Assembly (NCBI GenBank): GCA_903915035.1
Contig: CAIWRI010000110.1
Span: 6,796-70,795 of the forward strand
Source: an uncultured Nitrosomonadales bacterium
Lineage (GTDB): Bacteria; Pseudomonadota; Gammaproteobacteria; Burkholderiales; Gallionellaceae
Reading direction: 5' to 3'
DNA: 64,000 bases
Below are positions 49,730 to 60,065 of the stretch, one piece after another (within the stretch, counting starts at the first letter, position 1; each line of letters starts with the position of its first letter). The notes under the pieces were generated by a model, which saw nothing but the letters and a program-made list of their open reading frames with translations, did not search any database and was not told where the DNA came from. Both the position numbers and the translations under genes were made by a program.

Positions 49730-50019
49730 AAAAATAATACTTTATACATAACCATCTGCCATAACGCCGGATTGATTTAGCAGGTGTTTAACAAAAAAAC
49801 GTATCTAAGCAGAAAATTAAAATTACAATCATTTTTAAAGAATCAGATACTTACATTATCGACTGCGGCATCCTCAGGTGAGTTTTGCATAATGGCGGGT
49901 CCGTGTTTTCAATATAATTTCTGTCATACGACCTCATCAGCGGCCTTCGTTCGGGCGGATAACTGAAATTCAATGTTCTGCACGCCATGATTTCAGCACC
50001 TGCAGCTGATTATTTTATT

Positions 50020-50287
50020 TTTCACTAACCGGATATTGACAATTCAGAATTGTTCACAAAGTCAGGTGGCATAAGGCTTTGCGCCTGACAGGCCGCAACA
50101 AGGTATTAACACTTACGATAATATGTTGTTTATAAAAGATAATTTAATGTGTCAAAAAACAGGCAGGGCATGAAAAAGCCTTGTAGCTCACTGGTTTAAG
50201 TGCTTAGTCAGTAACATTATCAACAGAGTTATCCACAGATATTGTGGGTAAACAGAAATACTCTTTAGTGACGCGGGATTAGCTCAA
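50020..50287 (+). repeat. Left arm of a 268-bp near-perfect inverted repeat
   Basis: It is the reverse complement of 50563-50831 with 3 mismatches (left-arm positions 50070, 50149, 50193) by manual alignment. Confidence 0.95.
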
Positions 50288-50562
50288 TATTGCCGGAAAA
50301 ATGTTACAAATAAACTTATGTGCGCGCCCCTTATCATGCCGCTATACCAATTTCATGTTTCCTTTGCCCCCTTGCCTGTTAAACCAGCTTAACAATCTTA
50401 GTCGCGGATTTGAGTCTATCCTGTGCGTCGATTCATGCCACTGGCAAAACGTGTCCATCTGGTTGTCGTTGGTGTAAAGGTTTTCAGACATTGCATTTCG
50501 CGGAGATGTTTACCATTCATGGCATGGAATAGGTTCAGTCCCTCATATAATTGTTAATGATG

Positions 50563-50831
50563 TTGAGCTAATCCCGCGTCACTAAAGAGTATTTCTGTTT
50601 ACCCACAATATCTGTGGATAACTCTGTTGATAATGTTACTGACTAAACACTTAAACCAGTGAGCTACAAGGCTTTTTCATGCCCTGCCTGTTTTTTGACA
50701 AATTAAATTATCTTTTATAAACAACATATTATCGTAAGTGTTAATACCTTGTTGCGGCCTGTCAGGCGCAAAGCCTTATACCACCTGACTTTGTGAACAA
50801 TTCTGAATTGTCAATATCCGGTTAGTGAAAT
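50563..50831 (-). repeat. Right arm of the inverted repeat
   Basis: See the left arm. The spacer between the arms is 275 bp (50288-50562). Confidence 0.95.
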
Positions 50832-50888
50832 TCTTAATCTGAAAGCTGCCGATGATAGTGCATTCGAGTCAAATTTGATGACTTCAGC

Positions 50889-52400
50889 TCAATGAGCATC
50901 AGGTATTGAAACGGCGAAACGGGGTGTCTTAAGCAAAAAAAGAAAAGGAAAGACCAGAATAAAACTGATCAGCGTGCCATGCAAGGCATCCAACATTGCC
51001 AGCGCCTGCGATTGATGGGCGACTTGTTGCGCGACCAGGCCGATTGCTCCCGGGGTATCCTTATTCAAATGTAAAGGGGCCAGATATTGATCAATTGCGT
51101 TTCCATAAGGAGTCACATGCTCTATCAAATGATTCCAGCTTTGTTGCATGCTGCGTGTATATAGCAAAATAACGACAGATATGCCTACCGCGTTCCCGAG
51201 TGTGCGGATCAGGTTGTAGACCCCCGTTGCTTCAGTCATCAGATGCTTAGGCAGGGTTGCATAGGCAATTCCATTGAGCGGGATAAAGATAAAACCCATA
51301 CCAAAGCCCTGAAACAAAGTAGGCCAAATCAATGAGAAGCTACTCGCTTCCAAAGGATACAGGGTCATACCCCAAGAACCGAGCGAGCCTGCCAAAGCGC
51401 CAAAAGCGATCAGCAAGCGTGCATCGACCTTACCCACCAGTTGACTCACAATCACCATACTGAGCATGCTGGCGATGCCGCGCGGGATCATATAGAGCCC
51501 TGCAACAGTCGTGGTGTAGCCCAGCACCTGTTCGAAATAGAGTGGTTGTAACGTAATTGATCCAAACAGCGCCATGCCGACGGCAACTTGAGCCGTCGCG
51601 GACAGAACGAAATTTCTATCCTTAAACATGCCTGGATTGAAAATCGGATGGAGCTTTTTTTTTATAATGTGTGTCACCAGCCAACTAAAACCTAGCGATG
51701 AAATCACCACCATCCAGCGGATAATCGAGGATTCCAGCCAGTCTTCTTCATTGCCTTTATCCAGAACATATTGAAATGCACCTACCGCCAGCAACAGCGC
51801 GCATAACCCGAACCAGTCCATTTTGCGAAGTTTTATGCTGGTTTCTTCCATGTAGCGCCCTGCAAGCCATAACGCTAGGAGTCCTACCGGCAGATTAATG
51901 AAAAAAGACCATCGCCAGGACAAATTATCGGTCAACCACCCCCCTATGACAGGCCCCATGATAGGTGCAATCATGATACCCATCGCCCATATCGCCATGG
52001 CTTTACCCCGTTCTTTCGGCGGATATAAATCGATCATGACTGCCTGTGACATAGGAACCAGTGCAGCCCCGGATAAGCCCTGAAGCAATCTGAAAATCAC
52101 CATTTGACTTAATGATGCCGCAATCCCGCACAATAATGATGAAGCAATGAAACCCATCATGGAGATCATCAGGTAGCGTTTACGTCCCAGGATATCTGAA
52201 AAATATCCGGTCATAGGCATGGCGATTGCCGCCGCTACAATATAAGAGGTGAGAGCCCAGCTCATCTGACCGGGTGTCGCGCCCAGTTGTCCAGCCATGT
52301 TAGGGAGGGAAATATTAATGATAGTCATATCCAGCACTTCCATGATGGTCGCTACCATCACGGCGATTACCACCGGGGCCCGGGATTTCGCGATACTCAC
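50889..52400 (-). CDS. emrB: MFS drug efflux transporter, DHA2 (EmrB/QacA) family
   Basis: 503 aa with about 14 TM segments. It has the motif GYFSDILGRKR and LPNMAGQLG near TM1. A 4-nt overlap links it to the upstream HlyD gene. Confidence 0.8.
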   Translation of the reverse strand: MSIAKSRAPVVIAVMVATIMEVLDMTIINISLPNMAGQLGATPGQMSWALTSYIVAAAIAMPMTGYFSDILGRKRYLMISMMGFIASSLLCGIAASLSQMVIFRLLQGLSGAALVPMSQAVMIDLYPPKERGKAMAIWAMGIMIAPIMGPVIGGWLTDNLSWRWSFFINLPVGLLALWLAGRYMEETSIKLRKMDWFGLCALLLAVGAFQYVLDKGNEEDWLESSIIRWMVVISSLGFSWLVTHIIKKKLHPIFNPGMFKDRNFVLSATAQVAVGMALFGSITLQPLYFEQVLGYTTTVAGLYMIPRGIASMLSMVIVSQLVGKVDARLLIAFGALAGSLGSWGMTLYPLEASSFSLIWPTLFQGFGMGFIFIPLNGIAYATLPKHLMTEATGVYNLIRTLGNAVGISVVILLYTRSMQQSWNHLIEHVTPYGNAIDQYLAPLHLNKDTPGAIGLVAQQVAHQSQALAMLDALHGTLISFILVFPFLFLLKTPRFAVSIPDAH

Positions 52401-53422
52401 TTGAGCATAACTTTCGCTTCAACAGAAGTCCCGATAATAAACGGGCAAGCGAGGTTCTTTTGGTTAAGCCTGATTCTCACCGGAATCCGTTGAGTGACCT
52501 TTACCCAGTTGCCATTCGCATTTTGTGGTGGAAGCAACGAGAAGGAAGCGCCAGTTCCGCCAGCAATACTTTCAACGACGCCGTTAAATTCAATATTCGG
52601 GCAACGATCCAGACGAATTTTTACCAGTTTTCCGGGAACGATGCCTTCCATTTGCGTCTCCTTGAAGTTCGCATCTACCCACCAACTCTGCTCATCAATT
52701 ACCGCAAACAATGGCTGCCCGGCCTGTACATAAACGCCAGGCCTGGCGGTCAAATTGGCGACGCTGCCGGCAACAGGCGAATACACCTTAGTGTATTTCA
52801 AGTTTAGCCGTGCCCGTTCAAGATCAGCAATGGATTCTTGTACTGCCGGATTTTGACTACCCGCGAATTTCACGCGCTGATTCGCCTGCATAAGTGCCGC
52901 CTGCGCCTGCCTGACTTCTGTTTCAGCCAGCGCTACCGCCATCCTTGAATTATCCAATGCCTGGACTGACAGAAAGTGACTGCGTGAGAGTTCTTCCTGT
53001 CGCCTGCCAAATCGCTTGGCATTTTCCAGTTGTAATTTTTTTTCTTCAAGCAGTGATTTTTCGAGCAACACACCCGAGAGATTTACCCCGACAGCCTGGG
53101 TTGACTGATTAAGTTTGGCCTGATATTCCCCGATTGCAAGTCTGTATGGTTCATCATCCAGGCTAAATAACAAATCCCCCCGTTTAACCGCTTGATTATT
53201 GACAACAGGAAGCTGCAGGATTTGCCCGGATATGCGCGGTGAAACCTGAATCACATTAGCACCAAGATAGGCATTATCTGTAACTTGATATATCAGGGAG
53301 TCTTTATAAAAGCCCCATCCGTAATAAGCAAATCCTAGCAGCAGAAACAATAGAAAAATTCTGGCGACATTATTTTTTGTATTAACGCTATTCATAGATG
53401 ACTTATCCAGTTCAGTTTTCAT
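52397..53422 (-). CDS. emrA: HlyD-family membrane fusion protein (EmrA-like)
   Basis: A single N-terminal TM segment, a coiled-coil hairpin and a lipoyl/beta-barrel pattern. It is upstream of and coupled to the MFS pump. Confidence 0.8.
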   Translation of the reverse strand: MKTELDKSSMNSVNTKNNVARIFLLFLLLGFAYYGWGFYKDSLIYQVTDNAYLGANVIQVSPRISGQILQLPVVNNQAVKRGDLLFSLDDEPYRLAIGEYQAKLNQSTQAVGVNLSGVLLEKSLLEEKKLQLENAKRFGRRQEELSRSHFLSVQALDNSRMAVALAETEVRQAQAALMQANQRVKFAGSQNPAVQESIADLERARLNLKYTKVYSPVAGSVANLTARPGVYVQAGQPLFAVIDEQSWWVDANFKETQMEGIVPGKLVKIRLDRCPNIEFNGVVESIAGGTGASFSLLPPQNANGNWVKVTQRIPVRIRLNQKNLACPFIIGTSVEAKVMLK

Positions 53423-53590
53423 ATTTTCAAGCGCCAGTATTCCACAAAAAGTCTACATTATACTGGGCTGAAATGAACCCGGTTATATAAAATAGACACA
53501 GGGTCCGTGGCACCTAAAATGAATTGACTTGTGCATTTAAACTCCCTATTCTTTGCCCGTTGGACTGACCCAACATTAAAGGAGTTTTAT

Positions 53591-54775
53591 ATGAGCAGAG
53601 ATGTTGTCGTATTGAGTGCAGTTCGTTCCGCCATTGGCACTTTCGGTGGTGCCCTGGTAGATTTTGAAGCCAGCGAACTGGCCGGCCTGGTCATGAAGGA
53701 AGCGGTTGTTCGCTCCGGGGTGGATGCCCAACTGATTAACTACGTCACCGTCGGTAACTGTATGCCCACCGATGGCCGTTATGCCTACGTGTCACGCGTC
53801 GCTTCCATCCAGGCCGGCCTGTCCATGGAATCCGTCGCCATGCAGGTGAGCAGACTGTGCTCCTCCGGTCTGCAGGCCATCGTGACTACGGCACAGAATA
53901 TCATGCTCGGCGATGCTGATTACGGCATTGGCGGCGGCGTGGAAGTCATGTCCAAGGCGGCGTACCTGCTGCCGGCCCTGCGTAACGGTGCACGCATGGG
54001 TGATACCCAGGCGATTGACTCCATGGTTGCCGTACTGACAGACCCCTTTGGTGTTGGCCACATGGGCATTACCGCAGAGAATCTGGCTGTCAAGCATGGC
54101 ATTACCCGTGAAGAGCAGGATGCCTTTGCCGTTGAATCACAGCGTCGCGCTACCGTTGCCATCGCCGAAGGCCGTTTCAAGTCCCAAATCGTGCCTATCG
54201 TCAAGAAGACCCGGAAAGGCGATGTCGTATTCGACACTGACGAATACGTCAAGCCCAACACCACCATGGAATCTCTCGCCAAGATGCGGCCTGCCTTCAA
54301 GAAAGAAGGCGGCACGGTTACCGCCGGCAATGCTTCCGGCATCAACGATGGCGCAGCTTTCTTCGTGCTGGCTGCTGCTGACGTGGCCGAGGCCGCCGGT
54401 CTCAAGCCCATCGCTCGTCTGGTGTCCTACGCCGTGGCCGGTGTACCCAATGAACTCATGGGCGAAGGTCCTATCCCTGCCACCCGCCTGGCATTGAAGA
54501 AAGCGGGCCTGACACTGGAGCAGATGGACGTCATCGAGTCTAACGAAGCCTTCGCAGCTCAAGCACTGTCCGTCACCAAAGTGCTGGGGCTGGATCCTGC
54601 CAAGACCAACGTAAACGGTGGCGCTATCGCGCTCGGCCACCCGGTCGGCTGTTCCGGCGCTTTCATCGCCACCAAGGCTGTATATGAACTGCAACGCAGC
54701 GGCGGCAAGTACGCCTTGGTGACCATGTGTATCGGCGGAGGTCAGGGTATCGCGGTCATTTTCGAACGCATGTAA
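53591..54775 (+). CDS. Acetyl-CoA C-acyltransferase / acetoacetyl-CoA thiolase
   Basis: The start MSRDVVVLSAVRSAIGTFGG lies after AAGGAG. It has the active-site Cys (LCSSGLQA), NEAFAAQ, GGAIALGHPVGCSGA and CIGGGQG. Confidence 0.9.
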   Translation: MSRDVVVLSAVRSAIGTFGGALVDFEASELAGLVMKEAVVRSGVDAQLINYVTVGNCMPTDGRYAYVSRVASIQAGLSMESVAMQVSRLCSSGLQAIVTTAQNIMLGDADYGIGGGVEVMSKAAYLLPALRNGARMGDTQAIDSMVAVLTDPFGVGHMGITAENLAVKHGITREEQDAFAVESQRRATVAIAEGRFKSQIVPIVKKTRKGDVVFDTDEYVKPNTTMESLAKMRPAFKKEGGTVTAGNASGINDGAAFFVLAAADVAEAAGLKPIARLVSYAVAGVPNELMGEGPIPATRLALKKAGLTLEQMDVIESNEAFAAQALSVTKVLGLDPAKTNVNGGAIALGHPVGCSGAFIATKAVYELQRSGGKYALVTMCIGGGQGIAVIFERM

Positions 54776-55024
54776 TACCGAGGTTAACAAGATCTAGCAT
54801 ATCCCGGGGCACCTGACAGGTACTCTGGGATATGTAGTTTCTGAGGGTGAAAACTACTTCGACATAAATAGGGTGCACTATTCCGGATTTTCATAGCGAA
54901 ATGGGACAGATTACCAAGATTCCTGCCTGATCTTAAACTGCCCTTCCCCGATCACAGACATTTACCACCTCAGATGAGGGTATCATTGAAAATCCATTAT
55001 TCAACCGCATTTACCGGACAGTAA

Positions 55025-55474
55025 TTAGTCTTGTAAATCTGCGCGACGATCGACCATCAGGGTTGCATTTCCATCGACGACAAGCTTGCCTGCCACCTTG
55101 CACTGCGTGGTGAAAAAAACGCGTCGTTTTTCCGGGATGATCTCGGTGATGCAGACTTCCGCCGTGACGGTGTCGCCGAAGTTGACCGGCGCTTTAAACT
55201 TCATGTTTTGTTCGAGATAGATCGTGCCGGGCCCGGGAAAATCCTTGCCGAAGATGGTGGAAATCAAACTGCCGACCAGCATGCCATGCACAATAGGTTG
55301 CTTGAAGACGGTGCTGGCGGCAAAATCTTCGTCAGTGTGGATCGGGTTATCGTCACCACTCAAATCAACAAAGCTGAGCACGTCTTCTTTGCTAAAGGTA
55401 TGCGAGCGGTTGGCCGTCATGCCGACTGCCAGGTCTTCAAGATAAAAGCCATGTTTCGGGTGTCCAGTTTTCAT
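55025..55474 (-). CDS. MaoC-like (R)-specific enoyl-CoA hydratase
   Basis: Hydratase-2 motif DLSGDDNPIHTDEDFA. The ATG at 55474 lies after GAGGAA, and the longer track ORF lacks a ribosome-binding site. Confidence 0.8.
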   Translation of the reverse strand: MKTGHPKHGFYLEDLAVGMTANRSHTFSKEDVLSFVDLSGDDNPIHTDEDFAASTVFKQPIVHGMLVGSLISTIFGKDFPGPGTIYLEQNMKFKAPVNFGDTVTAEVCITEIIPEKRRVFFTTQCKVAGKLVVDGNATLMVDRRADLQD

Positions 55475-55578
55475 GTAATTCCTCAGGTGATTGCTTATAC
55501 GGCGGAAGTGTGCTGTTTTGCGCTTGTTTAATCGGGCTTTTACCGGCTTTCGCTGCAAAAGCCCTGCCTGTCCAAAGC

Positions 55579-57216
55579 TTACATATTCGGGTAGTTCGGT
55601 CCGCCTCCGCCTTCCGGCACCGTCCAGGTGATATTCTGGGTCGGGTCCTTGATGTCGCAGGTTTTACAGTGCAAACAGTTCTGTCCGTTGATTTGCAAGC
55701 GAGGACTGCCGGTCTCTTCGCCGATGATCTCGTAAACCCCTGCCGGACAATAGCGGGTCTCGGGTGAACCATAGCGTGCGTAATTGACGTCGATGGCCAC
55801 GCTTTGGTCTTTGAGCGTGAGGTGACAACGCTGGTTTTCCTCGTGATTGGTGCCGGAAATAAACACCGAGGATAGACGGTCGAAAGTCAGTTTACCATCC
55901 GGTTTGGGATAATTGATTTTCTCGCAAACGTTTTTGCCCTTCAGTTGACTGTGATCGCTATGGTGACGCATCGTCCAAGGCGCTTTGCCCCTGAAAAGAT
56001 AAGTGTCAATCGCGCCGTAAGCCAGCCCCGCATACAGCCCCCATTTAAAGGCCGGGCGTATGTTGCGCACTTGATACAACTCAGTCCACAACCAACTGCC
56101 TTTGAGCTGTGCCGCATAATCAACCGCCTCAGTACCCGCATCGGGATTGCCAAGATGCGCGAACAGAGCAACTGCTGCCACCATGCCGGACTTCATCGCC
56201 ATATGCGTGCCCTTGATCTTGGGAACATTGAGAAATCCTGCGGTATCGCCTATCAGCAATCCGCCCGGAAAACTCAATTTAGGCACCGACTGGTAACCGC
56301 CTTCCGACAAGGCACGCGCGCCGTAGGAGATGCGTCGACCGCCTTCGAAAAAGCCTTTAATCGACGGATGAGTTTTGTAGCGCTGGAATTCCTCAAAGGG
56401 CGACAGCCAGGGGTTCTTGTAGTCAAGCCCCACCACCATGCCGACCGCGACCATATTGTTTTCCAGATGGTAGAGGAAAGAGCCGCCATAGGTGTCGGAG
56501 GTTAACGGCCAGCCAACTGTATGCACGATCAGCCCCGGTTGATGTTTGGCCGGGTCAATTTCCCACAACTCCTTAATGCCGATGCCATAAGTTTGCGGAT
56601 CAATACCGTCGCGAAGATTAAATTTAGCGGTCAGTATTTTAGTCAGCGAGCCGTGGCAACCTTCCGCGAAGACGGTCTGACGGGCATGCAGCTCCATGCC
56701 AGGCTGAAAGTTAGCGGTAGCTTCGCCATCCTTGCCGATGCCAACGTCGCCGGTGGCCACGCCTTTGACCGAACCGTCTTCACGATACAGCACTTCGGCT
56801 GCGGCGAAGCCGGGATAAATCTCCACCCCCAGTGCTTCCGCCTGTTCACCCAGCCAGCGGCAAAAGTTGCCCAGACTGATGATGTAATTACCATGGTTGC
56901 CCATCTGCGGCGGGGTCGGCAACTTGATCGCACCGGCTTCGCTCAGAAAAAGCAGGCGATCTTCTCCGGCCGGTGTATTGAGCGGTGCACCACGCGCCTG
57001 CCAGTCTGGAAAAAGCTCGGCGAGTGCGCCGGGTTCCAGCACAGCACCGGACAAAATATGCGAGCCGATTTCAGCGCCTTTTTCCAGCAGGCAGACAGAG
57101 ATTTCCTGTCCCGCGCTTGCTGCCAACTGTTTGAGGTGTATCGCCGCCGACAGCCCGGACGGGCCGCCACCGATGATGACGACATCATATTCCATTGCTT
57201 CACGATCGCTGCGCAT
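55579..57216 (-). CDS. Electron-transfer flavoprotein:ubiquinone oxidoreductase
   Basis: FAD fold [15 protein letters not shown] and a C-terminal 4Fe-4S segment (CPAGVYE ... [12 protein letters not shown]). The start may instead be the internal MEYDVV (57195). Confidence 0.9.
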   Translation of the reverse strand: MRSDREAMEYDVVIIGGGPSGLSAAIHLKQLAASAGQEISVCLLEKGAEIGSHILSGAVLEPGALAELFPDWQARGAPLNTPAGEDRLLFLSEAGAIKLPTPPQMGNHGNYIISLGNFCRWLGEQAEALGVEIYPGFAAAEVLYREDGSVKGVATGDVGIGKDGEATANFQPGMELHARQTVFAEGCHGSLTKILTAKFNLRDGIDPQTYGIGIKELWEIDPAKHQPGLIVHTVGWPLTSDTYGGSFLYHLENNMVAVGMVVGLDYKNPWLSPFEEFQRYKTHPSIKGFFEGGRRISYGARALSEGGYQSVPKLSFPGGLLIGDTAGFLNVPKIKGTHMAMKSGMVAAVALFAHLGNPDAGTEAVDYAAQLKGSWLWTELYQVRNIRPAFKWGLYAGLAYGAIDTYLFRGKAPWTMRHHSDHSQLKGKNVCEKINYPKPDGKLTFDRLSSVFISGTNHEENQRCHLTLKDQSVAIDVNYARYGSPETRYCPAGVYEIIGEETGSPRLQINGQNCLHCKTCDIKDPTQNITWTVPEGGGGPNYPNM

Positions 57217-57218
57217 GA

Positions 57219-59012
57219 CTAGAACAGCGCCTCAGGCAATGCCAGTACCGACGCGCTACCCGCCGTAATCGCAGCAGCCAATCCGCCGGCCTGAGGTAGC
57301 TGGTGGTCGGCGAAATAAATCGCTGTGACCAACTTGGCCTGATAATAGCTGTCTGTGCTGCCGGCTTCCAGGTGCTTGACGGACAGGGCTGCGGATTTCG
57401 CCATCAGCCAGCCGCCGACCACGATGCCGGTCAGCTTCAGGTAAGGCACAGCACCCGCTGCCGCCGCCTGGGGTTCGGTGTGATAGTGAGCCAGCAGCCA
57501 CTCAGAGGCATTGGACAGGGCTGCAATGCCAGTGGTTAGATTGCGCGAAATACCCGCCAACTGAGGAAGACCTGCCAACTCTTCTGCCGTAACGGTCATT
57601 TCAGCGAGCAACTTGTGCATTTGCGCACCCGGGACTTTTTCGCGAGCCAGTTTCCGCCCGATCAGGTCGTTGGCCTGAATCCCTGTGGTGCCTTCGTAGA
57701 TGGTGGTGATCCGCGCGTCGCGATAATACTGCGCGGCACCGGTTTCTTCGACGAAGCCCACCCCGCCGTGAATTTGAATGCCAGTCGAGGTCAGCTCAAC
57801 GCTCTGCTCGGTACTCCAGCCCTTGACTACCGGGGTCAGCAACTCGACTCTTGCCTGGTGAATTGCGCGCTGCACCTCGTCCGGATGACGGTGGGCGCGG
57901 TCGATCTCGGCGGCGGCATAATAGGCCAGCGTGCGCATCGCCTCAGTACGGGATTTCATGTCCATCAACATGCGACGCACATCAGGGTGGTGCAAAATAG
58001 GCTTCTTGATGCCGGATTTGTCGCCGATGGGTGAACCCTGAACGCGGTCGCGAGCGTAGGCCAGGGCATGCTGATAAGAGCGCTCCGAGATACCGACCCC
58101 TTCCAGACCCACGTTGACACGGGCGTGGTTCATCATGGTGAACATGTAGCCCAGTCCCTTGTTTACTTCGCCGACCAGAAAACCGATTGCACCTTCGTTG
58201 TCGCCAAAGGACATGACTGCGGTCGGACTGCCGTGGATGCCCAGCTTGTGTTCAATCGAAGAGCAGATCAGGTCATTGCGGGCACCGAGTGAACCATCGT
58301 CGTTGACTAGAAATTTAGGTGCGATAAACAGCGAGATTCCCTTAAGTCCAGCCGGTGCATCCGGCAGCCTGGCCAGCACCAGATGGATAATATTTTCGGC
58401 AACATCGTTCTCACCCCAGGTGATGAAGATTTTAGTGCCGGTGATGCGGTAAGTGCCGTCCGCTGCGGGAACGGCTTTAGTGCAGATGGCGGCCAGATCG
58501 GAACCCGCAGCAGGTTCGGTCAAATTCATGGTGCCGCTCCAGACACCTTCGACCATTTTGTATAAATATTTTTGTTTCAACTCGTCGGATGCGTGGTGGG
58601 CAATCGCTTCAATCGCACCGATGGTCAACATCTGGCACAAAGAGAAGGCCATGTTGGACGACTTCCACATTTCCTGTACGGCGGTGGTCACCAGCGTTGG
58701 CAAGCCCTGACCACCGTATTCGGTGGAGCAGGACATTGTATGCCAGCCTGTTTCAATGAACGATTGATACGCCTCTTTGAAACCCGGCGAAGTGGTTACC
58801 ACGCCCTCGCGGCAAACCGCACCTTGACGGTCGCCGGCTGCATTAATCGGGTCTAACACGCCGGAGGCAAATTTAGCAGCCTCTTCAAGGATGGACTCGA
58901 CCAGATCGACCGAACAATCTTCGTTTCCGGGCAGGCTGCAAACCCCCTCCAGGTCGGCAATTTCGTTGAGAATAAACTGCATGTCGCGGATAGGTGCTTG
59001 GTAAGTGCTCAT
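57219..59012 (-). CDS. Long-type acyl-CoA dehydrogenase (about 600 aa, with C-terminal extension)
   Basis: ACAD motifs YGGQGLP and TEPAAGSDL, plus the catalytic region IYEGTTGIQ. Confidence 0.9.
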   Translation of the reverse strand: MSTYQAPIRDMQFILNEIADLEGVCSLPGNEDCSVDLVESILEEAAKFASGVLDPINAAGDRQGAVCREGVVTTSPGFKEAYQSFIETGWHTMSCSTEYGGQGLPTLVTTAVQEMWKSSNMAFSLCQMLTIGAIEAIAHHASDELKQKYLYKMVEGVWSGTMNLTEPAAGSDLAAICTKAVPAADGTYRITGTKIFITWGENDVAENIIHLVLARLPDAPAGLKGISLFIAPKFLVNDDGSLGARNDLICSSIEHKLGIHGSPTAVMSFGDNEGAIGFLVGEVNKGLGYMFTMMNHARVNVGLEGVGISERSYQHALAYARDRVQGSPIGDKSGIKKPILHHPDVRRMLMDMKSRTEAMRTLAYYAAAEIDRAHRHPDEVQRAIHQARVELLTPVVKGWSTEQSVELTSTGIQIHGGVGFVEETGAAQYYRDARITTIYEGTTGIQANDLIGRKLAREKVPGAQMHKLLAEMTVTAEELAGLPQLAGISRNLTTGIAALSNASEWLLAHYHTEPQAAAAGAVPYLKLTGIVVGGWLMAKSAALSVKHLEAGSTDSYYQAKLVTAIYFADHQLPQAGGLAAAITAGSASVLALPEALF

Positions 59013-59133
59013 AGTTCAACCTCGAATAAGTGGCTCAAATAATTTAGAAGGGTAAGTGCGCTCGTTTCAGGATTTAGCTGTACTCCCGGCACGACCAGAG
59101 CAATTCGCTTTTAGCTGCCGGGAGCAATCCGCT

Positions 59134-60063
59134 TTAAAGTGCGGCCAGCAGTTCGGGTACGGCTTCAAACAGGTCGGCGACCAGTCCGTAGTCGGCTACC
59201 TGAAAGATAGGCGCATCCGGGTCTTTGTTGATAGCTACAATGACTTTGGATTCTCTCATCCCGGCCAGATGCTGGATGGCACCCGACATGCCGATCGCGA
59301 TATACAATGTCGGGGCAACAATCTTGCCGGTCTGACCGATCTGATAGTCATTCGGCACAAAGCCGGCATCGACTGCAGCGCGAGACGCACCCAGTGCAGC
59401 ACCCAGCTTGTCGGCCAGCGGTTCTAGCAGCGCATGATAATTTTCACCGCTGCCCAGGCCACGGCCACCCGAGACGATAATCTTCGCCGCACCCAGTTCG
59501 GGGCGCGCCGAGACCGTCAACTCACGGTTAACAAGCCGTGTTTGCGCCTTGTCAGCAGCCGCAACTATCGCTTCAACAGGCGCGTTGTTGCCGGTCAATG
59601 GCGCATCAAAAGCCGTCGATCTGACCGTGATGACCTTGACAGCATCTGCACTTTGTAAGGTAGCCAGCGCATTGCCCGCATAGATAGGACGGACGAACGT
59701 GTCGGAAGAGACCACTGCGGTAATTTCTGATATTTGTGCCACATCGAGCAACGCTGCAATTCTAGGTAGCAGATTTTTACCAAAGGTGGTAGCGGGTGCC
59801 ATGATATGGGTGTAACCGGCAGCGTGAGCCAGTACCAGCGCGGTCAAATTTTCAGCTGTCTGATCCGCGTAGTGCGCTGCATCGGCAATTTTTACCTGAG
59901 CTACACCCGCGTATTGCGCAGCTTGTTCTGCGGCACTCATGCAGTTTGAACCTGCAACCAGCACATGGACGTCGCCGCCGATTTTGAGCGCGGCACCCAG
60001 TGTATTGAGGGTGGCTGATTTGAGGGATTTTTGGTCGTGTTCGGCGATAACGAGAATAGTCAT
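59134..60063 (-). CDS. etfA: Electron transfer flavoprotein alpha subunit
   Basis: 309 aa with the SGGRGLGS and [17 protein letters not shown]-binding signature. Confidence 0.9.
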   Translation of the reverse strand: MTILVIAEHDQKSLKSATLNTLGAALKIGGDVHVLVAGSNCMSAAEQAAQYAGVAQVKIADAAHYADQTAENLTALVLAHAAGYTHIMAPATTFGKNLLPRIAALLDVAQISEITAVVSSDTFVRPIYAGNALATLQSADAVKVITVRSTAFDAPLTGNNAPVEAIVAAADKAQTRLVNRELTVSARPELGAAKIIVSGGRGLGSGENYHALLEPLADKLGAALGASRAAVDAGFVPNDYQIGQTGKIVAPTLYIAIGMSGAIQHLAGMRESKVIVAINKDPDAPIFQVADYGLVADLFEAVPELLAAL

Positions 60064-60065
60064 GA

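Noticed and set aside
50416-50520. A 34-codon ORF on the minus strand of the foldback core (MNGKHLREMQCLK ...).
   Set aside because: The only Shine-Dalgarno-like sequence (GAGGGA) is about 21 nt upstream, which is too far. The ORF is very short and has no supporting feature.
49670-50900. This might be the chromosomal replication origin (AT-rich stretch plus DnaA boxes).
   Set aside because: - None of the usual origin-linked genes (dnaA, dnaN, gidA, rpmH) is nearby.
- The box count is inflated by a single duplication.
- I saw no 13-mer DUE-like repeats or GATC clustering.
- It is kept only as a low-probability alternative in the findings.
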